NCBI GenBank assembly: GCA_025061115.1
Contig: JANZKC010000002.1
Location: 160,001 to 224,000 of the forward strand
Origin: Candidatus Culexmicrobium cathedralense
GTDB lineage: Archaea > Thermoproteota > Methanomethylicia > Culexarchaeales > Culexmicrobiaceae
Reading direction: 5' to 3'
DNA length: 64,000 bases
Part shown: in pieces, positions 1 to 10,190 of the stretch
How positions within the stretch are numbered: the first letter of the stretch is position 1
How the letters are laid out: the number at the start of each line of letters is the position of its first letter
Notes under the pieces: model-generated
The model's input: the letters and a program-made list of their open reading frames with translations, nothing else
What the model was told of the DNA's origin: nothing
Databases searched by the model: none
Program-made: the position numbers and the translations under genes

Positions 1-1
1 A

Positions 2-232
2 AAAGCGAAGTTATGTGAAATCTGCGCACATAGCGTTGAAGACTATGTAGCAGCTATTGCCATTGTTATGGAATCCCACATTGCAATTCACGCTTGGCCA
101 AAGCATAGCTATGCGACAGTAGATGTATATACTTGTGGAGATACGGATGCCGAAGCTGCATTCGACTACATAATAGAAAAATTGAAGCCTGAGAAATATA
201 CAAAATACAAGGTGGATAGATCTAATAGCTAG
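2..232 (+). CDS. speD: Pyruvoyl-dependent S-adenosylmethionine/arginine decarboxylase proenzyme, 5'-truncated by window edge
   Basis: Not in ORF track. Frame from nt 2 reads ...AIAIVMESHIAIHAWPKHSYATVDVYTCGD...VDRSNS*, containing the E|SH self-cleavage and DVYTCG motifs. Confidence 0.85.
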   Translation, partial: KAKLCEICAHSVEDYVAAIAIVMESHIAIHAWPKHSYATVDVYTCGDTDAEAAFDYIIEKLKPEKYTKYKVDRSNS

Positions 233-255
233 CACAGCGTATTGGAGGATGATCC

Positions 256-771
256 GTGGAAGGGAAGGTATATAAGTGCGTGTACTGTGGCAAGGAAGGG
301 CCGAGCGAAATCTGCGAAAAATGCTTAAGCGAAAGAAATGCTGAACGACTAAAGAGGGAGACACTATTTAAAGTAGATGGCTTAATGCCACTCAACATTT
401 TCAGAAAGTTTCTATTAATTGCAATTGCAAGAAATCTGCCGTCCATAATAAATGAGTACTTCAGCAGTAAAAACCTTTTCCCTGAAATTGAAGGAAGAAT
501 TAAAATTCACGCATTAAGAAGGGAAATTATAGGAAGTTTCGAAATTAAAAGCGGAGAAATCGTTGATATAATTAGAGCTGAGAAAATTGAGAAAATCACA
601 TACAAGAGCAGAAGTAAACTCACCAATCTGAAGTGGAGATCTATACATAGAGATAAGGGGGAAGTTAGAGGGGTAGCTACTGCATGGACGCTCAAAAACT
701 TACTGGTCGCTGGAGCTAACTTAAACGCATTCACAATTAGGCCATTGATAATATCAAATAAGAAAGTTTAG
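256..771 (+). CDS. Hypothetical protein with N-terminal Zn-finger (CVYC...CEKC)
   Basis: 171-aa ORF with GGAGG upstream and two CxxC pairs. Confidence 0.65.
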   Translation: MEGKVYKCVYCGKEGPSEICEKCLSERNAERLKRETLFKVDGLMPLNIFRKFLLIAIARNLPSIINEYFSSKNLFPEIEGRIKIHALRREIIGSFEIKSGEIVDIIRAEKIEKITYKSRSKLTNLKWRSIHRDKGEVRGVATAWTLKNLLVAGANLNAFTIRPLIISNKKV

Positions 772-2258
772 CTGAATATTAGCGAAAGCAGGTCAGTTAT
801 GGGCTTCGGGTAGATTCCCAGAAGAACTGTTATGAAGGCTAGTATGAACATTGGAATAGTGACAGTTAAAGGTGCTTCATGAACGCCATTTAAGTGCTCT
901 GGCAGTGGTCCAAAGAATATCCTTCTAATGGCCCAAAGGGCATATCCTGCAGTTAATACTGATCCAATTAATGCTAGAGCAGTGAGAATTATGCGCGTCA
1001 TGTCCTGAACTTCAACTGCACCCGCATATGCGCCAGTGAATATTAGCCATTCACTTTGAAAGCCATTCAGAGGAGGAGTGCCAGCAATACCTAAGAAACC
1101 TATCATTGCACATAAAGCCGTTAATGGCATTTTGCCAGCTAATCCGCCAAGCTTGCTTATACTACGTATACCGTGTGTTTGCAACATAATTGCCCCAGCC
1201 ATCATGAATAGAATCGCTTTGCAGGTGCCGTGACTTACATAGTGGAACATCGAACCTGCAATTCCCTGCGGATAGCTACTTGCAATTCCAAATAAGAGAT
1301 AGCCCATTTGAGATATGCTTGAATATGCTAATAGCCTTTTAATGTCATCTTGAGCTAAAGCCATCAAGCCGCCATAAACCATTGTAATCAGAGCTAAAAT
1401 GCTGAAGGCCAATGAAAACTGCTCAAAAACTTCTGGGAAAATCAGGTAAGCTAATCTTACAAGCGCATAGCCTCCCAAACCAATCATTGCTGGCGAAAGT
1501 AGAGCGCTGATAGGAGTTGGAGCTTCAGCGTGCGCATCAGGAAGCCACGTGTGAAGCGGCACAATAGCCATTTTGACAGCAAAGCCGAGAAACATTGCAA
1601 ATATGATCCACCTAACAAAGCCTACCTGTAACAGCTCACCTCTAGTTAAATTCATTATCGCCAACACGTCGAAAGTGCCAAAAGCAGCGTAGATAGCCAG
1701 TATTCCTGCTAAAAGCGAAAGCGCTCCAATGTGCGTGTAAATAAAGTACTTAAAAGCTATCTTCTCTCGCTCTCCATAGCCCCAAATGTTTATCATAGCC
1801 CATGAAGGTATCAACATCAACTCCCAGAAGAAGTAGAACTGTATTAGATTTGCAGATAAAGCAGTTCCAAGCATTCCGACAGCATATAGCAGAAACAGTG
1901 CATAGTAGGCTCCATGCTCCTTACTAGTCTCCCCAATCTTATGCTCCATATAAGGCATCGAGAATATCGAGACAACGGTGCACAAGATTGCTACAGTCAA
2001 AGCAATTGGAGTGCTCAGCCCATCAGCAAGCAAGGTGAAATTTAAGCCAGCTGAGGGAGCTAACGGCCATACTCCAAGCACTGCGCCGCTCGACGCAACA
2101 TAGCTTGTCAAGTATATTGTTATAAGCGATGTGTAAGCTAATGGTATGAAGGCAACCCAGCCTGTTTTCCAATTAAGCCATCTACTTGCAATGTAAGCTA
2201 TAGGCACGAATATTAGCGGCACAATAATGATTTGTAAAAGCAAATCTTCAATAGCCAC
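768..2258 (-). CDS. nuoM: NuoM-like proton-translocating antiporter subunit
   Basis: FFWELML, PLHTWLPDAHAEAPTPIS and KRLLAYSSISQMG motifs; GTG at 2258 follows GGAGGG. Confidence 0.88.
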   Translation of the reverse strand: MAIEDLLLQIIIVPLIFVPIAYIASRWLNWKTGWVAFIPLAYTSLITIYLTSYVASSGAVLGVWPLAPSAGLNFTLLADGLSTPIALTVAILCTVVSIFSMPYMEHKIGETSKEHGAYYALFLLYAVGMLGTALSANLIQFYFFWELMLIPSWAMINIWGYGEREKIAFKYFIYTHIGALSLLAGILAIYAAFGTFDVLAIMNLTRGELLQVGFVRWIIFAMFLGFAVKMAIVPLHTWLPDAHAEAPTPISALLSPAMIGLGGYALVRLAYLIFPEVFEQFSLAFSILALITMVYGGLMALAQDDIKRLLAYSSISQMGYLLFGIASSYPQGIAGSMFHYVSHGTCKAILFMMAGAIMLQTHGIRSISKLGGLAGKMPLTALCAMIGFLGIAGTPPLNGFQSEWLIFTGAYAGAVEVQDMTRIILTALALIGSVLTAGYALWAIRRIFFGPLPEHLNGVHEAPLTVTIPMFILAFITVLLGIYPKPITDLLSLIFS

Positions 2259-2339
2259 GTGCCACCCTCCCACGCTGTAGGCACAACTATTGCATATGGC
2301 TGTCTATACCATTCATATAAAACATTTATGCTAGAACTA

Positions 2340-3806
2340 TTAATCGTCTGAAGGTTCATTCACGTGATTCGCCCTCAAGATTCGGGGAACTACATCGCTT
2401 AACACTCGGTCCACCTCAAGCTTAACTTTATCATATAATTTATCCGAAATTACGCCCTTCTCAAGAGCTCTATCAAGCTTATCCTCATCTAGCACAACAA
2501 CCTTTCCACTATTAAATACACATACGTCAACTTCAAGGTCGATGTACCTAATATTTCTCGGATAAAGCTCAACTGGAGTGTTGATGTTGATGTAAGCGCC
2601 CTTAAATTCACCCTTACTGGAATAGTACTTCGTCTCCACGTGCCAACTACCTACGCTGGCGTCAGTAATGGCATAGTCTCCAGGTTGCTTCTCAACTTCA
2701 AGGCCATCGTAGAAGCCACGGCCATAAATGTTTCTCCTAAGCCTTATGCGCCCGGAATCCACATTAATAAGCTCAACCACAGCTCTTCCAAGATTAATTT
2801 CCTTCCCACTTAATTTAACATGACAAATTCCAATCACATCGCCTTCGCAAGGCAAATTCATTTGAAAAATCTGCTCAAAAGAGCACAAAACGCTTTCTTC
2901 AGCATACCCCCTCCTCAATAAGTTTTCAGCCATGTCAACTGACATCGACAAATCAGCGCTAAAGGCTTTATAGTAATGATGACCTGGAATCGTCGGCGTA
3001 ACTTGCCTTCTTATTTCGTCTAAAATCCTCTTCGACTCATATGGGAACTCAATGTTGAGAAGCACTTGCCCCTCAAGAAGTAAAGATGGAGCATTCGATT
3101 TCGCCATTACCTCAATTAAATTGTGCCACCTTTCAAGAAGGAAGTCAACTTCCCTCTTAAGCTCCTCTTCAGAGGCTGTTGCAGCAGCAGTTCTCCAAAC
3201 TATGCCCCAGCCTTCGGGCTTCACCTTTAAACCATAGTTTATCAGACATTCTCTGACTTCCTTATCTTTAATTCTCCTACTAACTTTCACGCGGTTCTCG
3301 GGAATGAGAATTGCATACTTACCTGCAATTTTAATTTTATCCGAGAGAACAGGGCATTTGCTGCCCAAATTAGTTCTTTCAACTTGAACTAAAACTTCCT
3401 TCACTCCCTCACTAAGAGGCTTTGAAGGATATAGTATGCCAATAACATCCTCGTCAATTTGAATAAATGCAGCTTCACCGGACCTATCCAAGTGCTTTAC
3501 CAGCCCCTTATATATTCCTCCAACTTGGGGCTTCCATTTCCGCACAATTACGTCCAGAAGCCTACTTTGGAGTGAAGATGCCAAGCGACTCCATGCATTA
3601 GTTGCGCACAGCGCATAAACTCCCTGCTTGTCACTCCTATCGAATATGTCAATGTCAATTGGCTTTAACGTCTCATGCCCGCCGAAATTAAACCTCTCTT
3701 CAATCACTGCTGAAGGCTGAACTATTTCATAGCCTTCATCGATAAGCAGCTTCGTCAGTGCTGTCGAGTAAATTCCTCGCACCCTCACTTTGAACATCTC
3801 ACGCAC
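2340..3806 (-). CDS. fau-1: RNase E/G-like AU-binding ribonuclease FAU-1 (DUF402 C-terminus)
   Basis: VRVRGIYSTALT N-terminus, TIPGHH, and YININTPVE...RYIDLEVDV. Confidence 0.88.
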   Translation of the reverse strand: MREMFKVRVRGIYSTALTKLLIDEGYEIVQPSAVIEERFNFGGHETLKPIDIDIFDRSDKQGVYALCATNAWSRLASSLQSRLLDVIVRKWKPQVGGIYKGLVKHLDRSGEAAFIQIDEDVIGILYPSKPLSEGVKEVLVQVERTNLGSKCPVLSDKIKIAGKYAILIPENRVKVSRRIKDKEVRECLINYGLKVKPEGWGIVWRTAAATASEEELKREVDFLLERWHNLIEVMAKSNAPSLLLEGQVLLNIEFPYESKRILDEIRRQVTPTIPGHHYYKAFSADLSMSVDMAENLLRRGYAEESVLCSFEQIFQMNLPCEGDVIGICHVKLSGKEINLGRAVVELINVDSGRIRLRRNIYGRGFYDGLEVEKQPGDYAITDASVGSWHVETKYYSSKGEFKGAYININTPVELYPRNIRYIDLEVDVCVFNSGKVVVLDEDKLDRALEKGVISDKLYDKVKLEVDRVLSDVVPRILRANHVNEPSDD

Positions 3807-3808
3807 CT

Positions 3809-4846
3809 TTAAAGCTTTACAATTTCAAAAATTTTTCCAATACTTTTAACTTTGAAATCAACACCTAAAATTTTCTCGCAAAGCTTAATGTTCGTTGAAA
3901 TGTGCTCCGTAATCGACCTAACCAAGTAAGATGATGAGCCTTTTGCTAGAGCTGCATACATTACGAGCATGTCTCCCAAATGAATATCCACTGTTGCATT
4001 TGAATGCAACTCATCGAGTAATTTCCTAGCAGCTTCTCTACCTACTATCTCGCTTAACTTACCTAGTGCACCAATTGCATCAGCTCCAATTTTTGATTTA
4101 CATAAAGAGTCAGCCCATAAAGCAATTGAACTTCCCTTTTGAAGCTCATTGGAAAAGTCATATATGACTTCGATCTCCACATTTTCGAAGCCAGCTTCTC
4201 TAAGAAGCTTAGTTGCTGCACTCGCCTGCCTCTCAGCAACTTTCCTCTCCTTAAGGTAAGTGCAAACCGACACGCCTGAAACCGCTTCAATTTCGCCTCT
4301 CTCAGTGAAATTCATGGAGTTTAACTTCCCAGTTGGATTTACCTTTAATACCGCCTCTCCCATCCCCTTTGGGTAATATCCATACCGTTTCACTTCAATA
4401 TCAGCTTGCAACCCCAGCCAACTTAAAACTGGAAGAAGAACATGCTTCAAGTAGTTTATTGTAGGTGACATATGAACGTCAGTTCCACCATTAATCACGT
4501 GAATTTCAACAGGTCTATCAGCAAAAGCGCATATGGGCAGCACTGCCAGGAACAGCATTGGAATGCTGCCTGCACTGCCAATTTCCACCTTGTAATAACC
4601 TCCCCTAATTCTATCGGGCTTAAAATGAAGCTCGCATGAACCAACTGAAGCCCCTTCAACAACTGCATTACATAGATTGGCAGCGGTTAAAACTGATTTT
4701 AAGTGCTGAAGCCTCAATCCAGGAGGCTTACGCTTAGCCCTTATATTGAATATCCTAAGTTCCTCACCTAAAATGGCTGCTGAGCACACTGCCAATCTTA
4801 AAACAGTTCCACTTCCAGTGCCAAAAGAACCATCTACAATGAGCAT
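3809..4846 (-). CDS. rtcA: RNA 3'-terminal phosphate cyclase
   Basis: NIRAKRKPPGLRLQH, GGTDV, GYYPKG.G and VDIHLGD motifs. Confidence 0.93.
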   Translation of the reverse strand: MLIVDGSFGTGSGTVLRLAVCSAAILGEELRIFNIRAKRKPPGLRLQHLKSVLTAANLCNAVVEGASVGSCELHFKPDRIRGGYYKVEIGSAGSIPMLFLAVLPICAFADRPVEIHVINGGTDVHMSPTINYLKHVLLPVLSWLGLQADIEVKRYGYYPKGMGEAVLKVNPTGKLNSMNFTERGEIEAVSGVSVCTYLKERKVAERQASAATKLLREAGFENVEIEVIYDFSNELQKGSSIALWADSLCKSKIGADAIGALGKLSEIVGREAARKLLDELHSNATVDIHLGDMLVMYAALAKGSSSYLVRSITEHISTNIKLCEKILGVDFKVKSIGKIFEIVKL

Positions 4847-4892
4847 TTAATTCACGCTTTTATTTTAAGGGGAAGCAGGGATAAGAACTTAC

Positions 4893-5690
4893 TCATGACT
4901 CTAGGCTGTCGACGTCTATGCGTTCATCAACTCCATGTGCGAGCTTTGAAAGTTCGCTGAAATCAAGCTCAGGGCTGAATGGCGCAAAACCATAGACAAC
5001 AGCGCCTCATTGAAGCTTTTGAGCATTTGAACGATTCAATTGAAACTCCCCGAATATCAAAGCAATTCTCGGAAAGTTTAGAGTATACTTTTCATCTTGG
5101 CCAGACAGTAACCTGAAATCAACAGCGACTTCGCATTCACTTGGAATAACGTTCACTTTACCTCCTCCACGAACAACAGTTACTGCAATAGTCATTCCAG
5201 TTAAAGCCTTGAGAAAAGCTACTAGTGATGGCCCATTCCTTTCAATTCGAGAGAACAGCAAACCACCAATACGTGATAAGAGAAACCTTGAAAGGATCAT
5301 ATCTTTAAAGCCGAACTTTAATGATAGTAGCTTGTCAAGCATTCTCCTTAACGGCTTCGAGGTACACTTTTGGTGGCTTAAAACGGCATAATTTCATTAT
5401 TGCCTCAGCCATACTTAAAATAGCATTCTCAGAAGCATATGGCATAGAAGCGTGGCCAGCTTTATCCTTGAAACTTCAACTTAACATGAAAAGCACCCTC
5501 TTCACTTACATCGACCAGGTAAAAAAAATCCCACCGATTTTAATTGAAGCGCCGCCTCCCTCATTTATTACGTAGTTGGCTTTAACCTTTTCAGACATGT
5601 TCTTAACTATCCAGCCTAGCCTGCGTCCCCCGCCCATCTCCTCATCAGCTGTCGACGCATAGATTAGCGTGTACTTAGGCTTAACGAAAA
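4893..5690 (-). pseudogene. Fragmented M20/M25/M40 metallopeptidase remnant
   Basis: Pieces in different frames: ASTADEEMGG, YVINEGGG, GHASMP, GGKVNVIP...DFRLL, AHGVDERI; several stops and frameshifts, N-terminus missing. Confidence 0.8.
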
Positions 5691-5764
5691 TAAGCTAAAA
5701 TTCATTTGGATAAAAGCAAAAGCCAAGCGTGAAAATTTTAAGGAATGCCTCAACAAACATAAAT

Positions 5765-5820
5765 GGCTGTGAAGAGCTCAGGCGACACCGATAGATGAGG
5801 ATTAGCAGGTAGCCTGAGCC
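5765..5820 (+). ncRNA. Box C/D methylation-guide sRNA module
   Basis: C GTGAAGA 5769-75, 12-nt guide, D' CCGA 5788-91, C' ATGAGGA 5795-801, 12-nt guide, D CTGA 5814-17, terminal GGC/GCC stem. Confidence 0.7.
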
Positions 5821-5894
5821 CGCCCCGCCTCTCGCAGGCTGGTGAGAAAGCGCGTGCATTCAATGACCCAGCTACGGTCGGCGGGGCGACATAG
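5821..5894 (+). ncRNA. H/ACA pseudouridylation-guide hairpin
   Basis: 9-bp basal stem CGCCCCGCC/GGCGGGGCG, internal pocket, upper stem GCTGG/CCAGC with K-turn-like TGA/AATGA, ACA at 5889-91 directly after the stem. Confidence 0.75.
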
Positions 5895-5977
5895 CAAATA
5901 TTCATCACAAAATTAAAAATAAGCAATTCTAAGTGAAAATATAAGGCAAACTAAGTAATATTAAAAATGCTTTGAAG

Positions 5978-8062
5978 CTAAAGTCCAAACGAAAATAGTA
6001 GCCATGCAACCAGTAAGAACCCAATTGCTATTCCAACCATGTTGTATGATAGAATTCCAGTTTGAATTCTCCTAAAGGCGCTTGAAAAGGCAGATACTCC
6101 TCTTGCTAGAGCATAGTTTGCGCCATCAACAACTTTAACCTCGAAGTTCTTGTATGCTGACTTGCTAAAGTCTATCAGCGAGTAAACGAGAACCTTATAG
6201 TAGGTTGGATTTATGTACCACCTATTCCACAGGAAAGTGTATAGTGGCTTCAATCCAGACTTCTCCACAAACTCCTTAGGATCAACTTTCCTTGAAATGT
6301 ACATTATATACCCTGGAATTCCGCCTAAAACTAGCATTACAGCAGTAATGGCAGTAGTAATTAGTTGTGAAGGAGTGCCTCCAGCCTCTGCATTCGCACT
6401 TACAGCCGAGAACAATGCTTGATACGAGTGATGCGCATGAAGTGGAGCAGCTAGAAATTCATGTAGGCTGTGCTCAAAGAATGGACCTATAAGTCCTATT
6501 CCAACTGTAGCAGCGGCTAGAATTGCATATGCAACCCACATGACTGGAGGGGCTTCATGGATGCGGTGGCCTTCCTCCTCAAGCTCCTTCAAGTGATGGC
6601 TTTTCTCACCTAAGAAGGTTACACCGATCATCCTTATGCTGTAGAAGAAGGTCATAGCTGCAGTTATCGCTGCAACCGCTAGAAGCGCGTAGTTCCCTGA
6701 CTTAAGGCATGCACCGAAAATAGCTTCCTTGCTCCAAAAGCCGCTAAGTGGAGGTATTCCTGAGAGTGAGAGAGCTCCAATAAGCATGCAGGCAAACGTT
6801 ATTGGCATTTCCCTCCTTATACCTCCCATTTCGAACATGTCAGTTGTCTCGCAGGCGTGAAGAACTGCACCTGCAGCCATGAAGAGCAGTGCCTTGAATA
6901 TTGCGTGGCTCATCAAGTGAAATAGGCCAGCCACATATCCATCTGCAGCATACTCACCTGCCAATCCTCCAACGCCAAGTGCAAGCATCATGTACCCTAT
7001 TTGAGACACAGTTGAATATGCCAAGACTTTCTTGAGCTCCCTAGCAACCATTGCTTGAGAAGCTGCGAGAAAAGCTGTGAAGGCACCTATCCAGGCAACC
7101 ACGTTGAAGAACTGATTTTGAGCTGCAATTATCAAACTTTTAGCGGCAGCATCAAGCGCACTTTGATAGGCGAGCCTAAAGCTCTCAGTGAAAATTGGAA
7201 ATGCTCTCGCAGTTAAGTAAACGCCTGCCTTTACCATCGTAGCTGCATGTATGAGGGCTGAAACAGATGTTGGACCGGCCATTGCCTCCGGAAGCCATTC
7301 GTGGAGTGGGAATTGAGCAGACTTGCCTATTGGGCCTCCAAAGAAGAATAGGGCAACTGGAATAATCAGCCCAAACTTTGCAAGCTCTACAATCCACTCA
7401 TAGTGGTGCTGAAGCTCAAGGAAGTTGAAAGTACCTGCTTGAGTGAATATTATGAAGGCAGAGATCATCAGTGCTACATCTCCAGCCCTTGTCATTATGA
7501 AAGCCTTCATACCAGCATGTGAAGGCGGAACATCTCCAACCCACCTTTTGCGCTCATCGTGATACCAGAACCCTATAAGCTGATAGCTGCACAGCCCAAC
7601 GCCTTCCCAGCCAAATAGCATTTGAAGAATGTTATCCGACATCACTAGAAGAAGCATGTTTCCAATGAAGAAGTTCATGAAGAACCAGTAGCGCGTTAGC
7701 CCCTCCTCGCCATGCATGTAGCCCAAGCTGTACACCATTATTAGAAATGAAATCCAGGCAACCACATTAGCCATGAATATGCTCAAAGGATCAACTAAAA
7801 CGCCAGCGTCAACTTCAACTCCAAGAATCTTAATCCAAGGAACCCTCCAATCCGCTGGTAATGGTACGCTACCGACCCCTGGAATTTCAAAACTCCCAGA
7901 CAAGCCATATGGAATTAGCATTGCAGCCATGACTGCAGCCAAAAATGAAACTAGAACTGCAAAGTAATCTCGCGCTTTCTCGCCAAATTTAGCTATTATG
8001 GGCGTTGCTACAGCACCAACTAGAGGTATGACCCAGCACAACCAAGCGGCGTAAGGATACAT
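5978..8062 (-). CDS. nuoL: NuoL-like antiporter subunit
   Basis: GWEGVG, KSAQFPLHEWLPEAMAGPTSVSALIHAATMVKAG and SHAIFKALLF; probable ATG at 8062 (track ORF over-extends to 8341). Confidence 0.92.
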   Translation of the reverse strand: MYPYAAWLCWVIPLVGAVATPIIAKFGEKARDYFAVLVSFLAAVMAAMLIPYGLSGSFEIPGVGSVPLPADWRVPWIKILGVEVDAGVLVDPLSIFMANVVAWISFLIMVYSLGYMHGEEGLTRYWFFMNFFIGNMLLLVMSDNILQMLFGWEGVGLCSYQLIGFWYHDERKRWVGDVPPSHAGMKAFIMTRAGDVALMISAFIIFTQAGTFNFLELQHHYEWIVELAKFGLIIPVALFFFGGPIGKSAQFPLHEWLPEAMAGPTSVSALIHAATMVKAGVYLTARAFPIFTESFRLAYQSALDAAAKSLIIAAQNQFFNVVAWIGAFTAFLAASQAMVARELKKVLAYSTVSQIGYMMLALGVGGLAGEYAADGYVAGLFHLMSHAIFKALLFMAAGAVLHACETTDMFEMGGIRREMPITFACMLIGALSLSGIPPLSGFWSKEAIFGACLKSGNYALLAVAAITAAMTFFYSIRMIGVTFLGEKSHHLKELEEEGHRIHEAPPVMWVAYAILAAATVGIGLIGPFFEHSLHEFLAAPLHAHHSYQALFSAVSANAEAGGTPSQLITTAITAVMLVLGGIPGYIMYISRKVDPKEFVEKSGLKPLYTFLWNRWYINPTYYKVLVYSLIDFSKSAYKNFEVKVVDGANYALARGVSAFSSAFRRIQTGILSYNMVGIAIGFLLVAWLLFSFGL

Positions 8063-8279
8063 GGTAACACCACCAGCCATCACAATAAGAGCACTAATTC
8101 GTAATGTAACGGATTCTGTAAAATATAAAAAAGTAACGATTAAAATCCTGCCCCTAGAGCGCCTAACTAATTTACAATATGCCAAAATAGTTTGATATGG
8201 AAGGCGATCTTCAAAAGTTATATAAAGTGTCCAATAAAAAAACACTTTGCCTAAGTGAAGCAGCAGCGGAGGGGGCGTA

Positions 8280-9881
8280 GTGTTAAAGTCTGAACAAATG
8301 TTCAAGGTGAGAATACTGATTCCCAATGAATACTTGGACAAGACGCTAATAGCACTAGGGGAAGCCGAAGTACTTCACCTATCCGACATAGCAGAAGACG
8401 AGGAATTAAAAGAGGTAATCACGCCAGCAGAACTCTCAGAAGCATACTACAAGTATGCAGGCATCATAGCTAGAATCGAGGAGCTGGCATCAAATTTAAA
8501 TTTAAACTTGAAAGTAACTTCCAAAATCAACAAGGAGTACAGCATAAGCGAAATTGAAGAAAAACTGGGTAAACTGGAAGAGGAAGTCAATGACATCAGA
8601 TTCGCCATATCAAAGCTCGAAGAGAAGGGAGAACTGGAGAACTTAGAAAAGCTTAGAGGCAAATTAAGGGAGATTGCTGACGAAGCGAAAAGTAAACTGC
8701 CACTATGGCTTGGAGTAGCTTGGAGATATAGAAAGCTGGAAGAAGCAAAGTCAAAGCTAGGCAAATGCGGCAAGTCCTTCCACGTCATATATGGATGGAT
8801 ACCTAAAAGGAACTATCAAAAGCTGATGAAAATTCTCGAAGATGCAACCGAAAACAAATTCATCATGGGAGTATCGGAGCCAAGCCACCACGACCACCCG
8901 CCAACGCTCATTGAGCATAAGGGCATTTTAACCTCCTTCGGAGCTCTAACAAGGGCAATTGGAGTACCATCATATGGGGAAATAGACCCGACGCCAATAA
9001 TGGTGTTAACATTCCCATTAATATTCGGATCCATGTTCGGAGATGTAGGTCACGGAGCAATAATAGTTCTCGCAGCAATAGCCGCCCTATACTACAAGAG
9101 AAAAGGAGTAGAAGTTGGAGAGACATTGAACTACATTGTTCAAGGCTCACCGCTCCTATTACTATGTGGAATTTCAAGCATAATCTTCGGAATGCTCTAC
9201 GGAGAATTCTTTGGAAGTGAAGAATGGTTCGAAGCGCTATTCAAACCAATTCTACATTTAGTTGGTAAGGAGCATGGCCCAATATGGTTCAGCCCATATC
9301 ACGAGCCAATGTACCTCCTCAAAATCTGCATATTCATAGCCATAATACACATGATTTCTGGCCTACTACTAGACTTCATAAACAAGATTTCTGAAAAAGA
9401 GTATAAACACGCGATCGCAGGGCCAGGCACATGGCTCTGGCTATACGCAGGCGGAGCATACCTATTCATAACCTACGGGTCAAGGATATTCGAAGTAATC
9501 TTCGACCCTCAAATAATAGTTCCATACGTAGCCGTGCCACTAATAGTAATGATAATATTTCGAACCATAACCGAAGGTCCTTCCGAAGGATTCGGCTCAG
9601 CACTAGAATCCTTCTTATCCTCAATATCAAACACGGTGTCCTACAGCCGAATTCTAGCCCTAAACATGGCCCACACAATATTCGCAAAATTGCCATTCAA
9701 CTTCACAGCTTCACCAATAGCATTCATAGGTTCCTTCATCGCATTCAACGCGATAATATTAACACTTGAAGCACTACTTTCGATGATGCATACACTAAGG
9801 CTTCACTGGGTTGAATGGTTCTTGAAGTTCTACAGCGGAGAAGGATATGAATTTAAGCCATTCACATTAATCTCATTGTAA
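8280..9881 (+). CDS. atpI: A/V-type ATP synthase subunit I (a)
   Basis: PSYGEIDPT, MFGDVGHG, SNTVSYSRILAL and HTLRLHWVEWF motifs. Confidence 0.92.
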   Translation: MLKSEQMFKVRILIPNEYLDKTLIALGEAEVLHLSDIAEDEELKEVITPAELSEAYYKYAGIIARIEELASNLNLNLKVTSKINKEYSISEIEEKLGKLEEEVNDIRFAISKLEEKGELENLEKLRGKLREIADEAKSKLPLWLGVAWRYRKLEEAKSKLGKCGKSFHVIYGWIPKRNYQKLMKILEDATENKFIMGVSEPSHHDHPPTLIEHKGILTSFGALTRAIGVPSYGEIDPTPIMVLTFPLIFGSMFGDVGHGAIIVLAAIAALYYKRKGVEVGETLNYIVQGSPLLLLCGISSIIFGMLYGEFFGSEEWFEALFKPILHLVGKEHGPIWFSPYHEPMYLLKICIFIAIIHMISGLLLDFINKISEKEYKHAIAGPGTWLWLYAGGAYLFITYGSRIFEVIFDPQIIVPYVAVPLIVMIIFRTITEGPSEGFGSALESFLSSISNTVSYSRILALNMAHTIFAKLPFNFTASPIAFIGSFIAFNAIILTLEALLSMMHTLRLHWVEWFLKFYSGEGYEFKPFTLISL

Positions 9882-9895
9882 TAAATCCAATCAAA

Positions 9896-10102
9896 CTATT
9901 TTTCAAATTCAAGCTTCTTTGCCACCCTAAATATGTAGTACCAAGTAACTGCAGTTCCAAATAGCGCCCCCAAAAGTGCACCTAAAACTTCATGCCCAAA
10001 ATTCCTTCCAACATAGTATCCAAGAAAAGTGAATATCACGATGTCAAAAGCAATTCCAAAGAGCTTAAACCATGTAGCGAAGGGTTTATCACTTAAAGCC
10101 AC
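9896..10102 (-). CDS. Small 2-TM protein resembling the AtpZ/ATPase-gene-1 family
   Basis: 68 aa, GYYVG..FG...GALLGALFG pattern, located among ATPase genes. Confidence 0.55.
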   Translation of the reverse strand: MALSDKPFATWFKLFGIAFDIVIFTFLGYYVGRNFGHEVLGALLGALFGTAVTWYYIFRVAKKLEFEK

Positions 10103-10190
10103 ACTTAATCACCAAACTTAACCTAGCTCACCAGCAAAATAATTTTATTTACTCAACAAAAGTTATATGGAGCTTAAGGTGGGGTAATTA

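Noticed and set aside
5776-5819. First hairpin read as a second H/ACA unit
   Set aside because: No ACA follows it, and the C, D', C' and D boxes with 12-nt guides fit a C/D module better.
8063-8341. N-terminal extension of the nuoL ORF
   Set aside because: It overlaps the divergent atpI start and promoter region; the NuoL-like sequence and an RBS begin near 8062.
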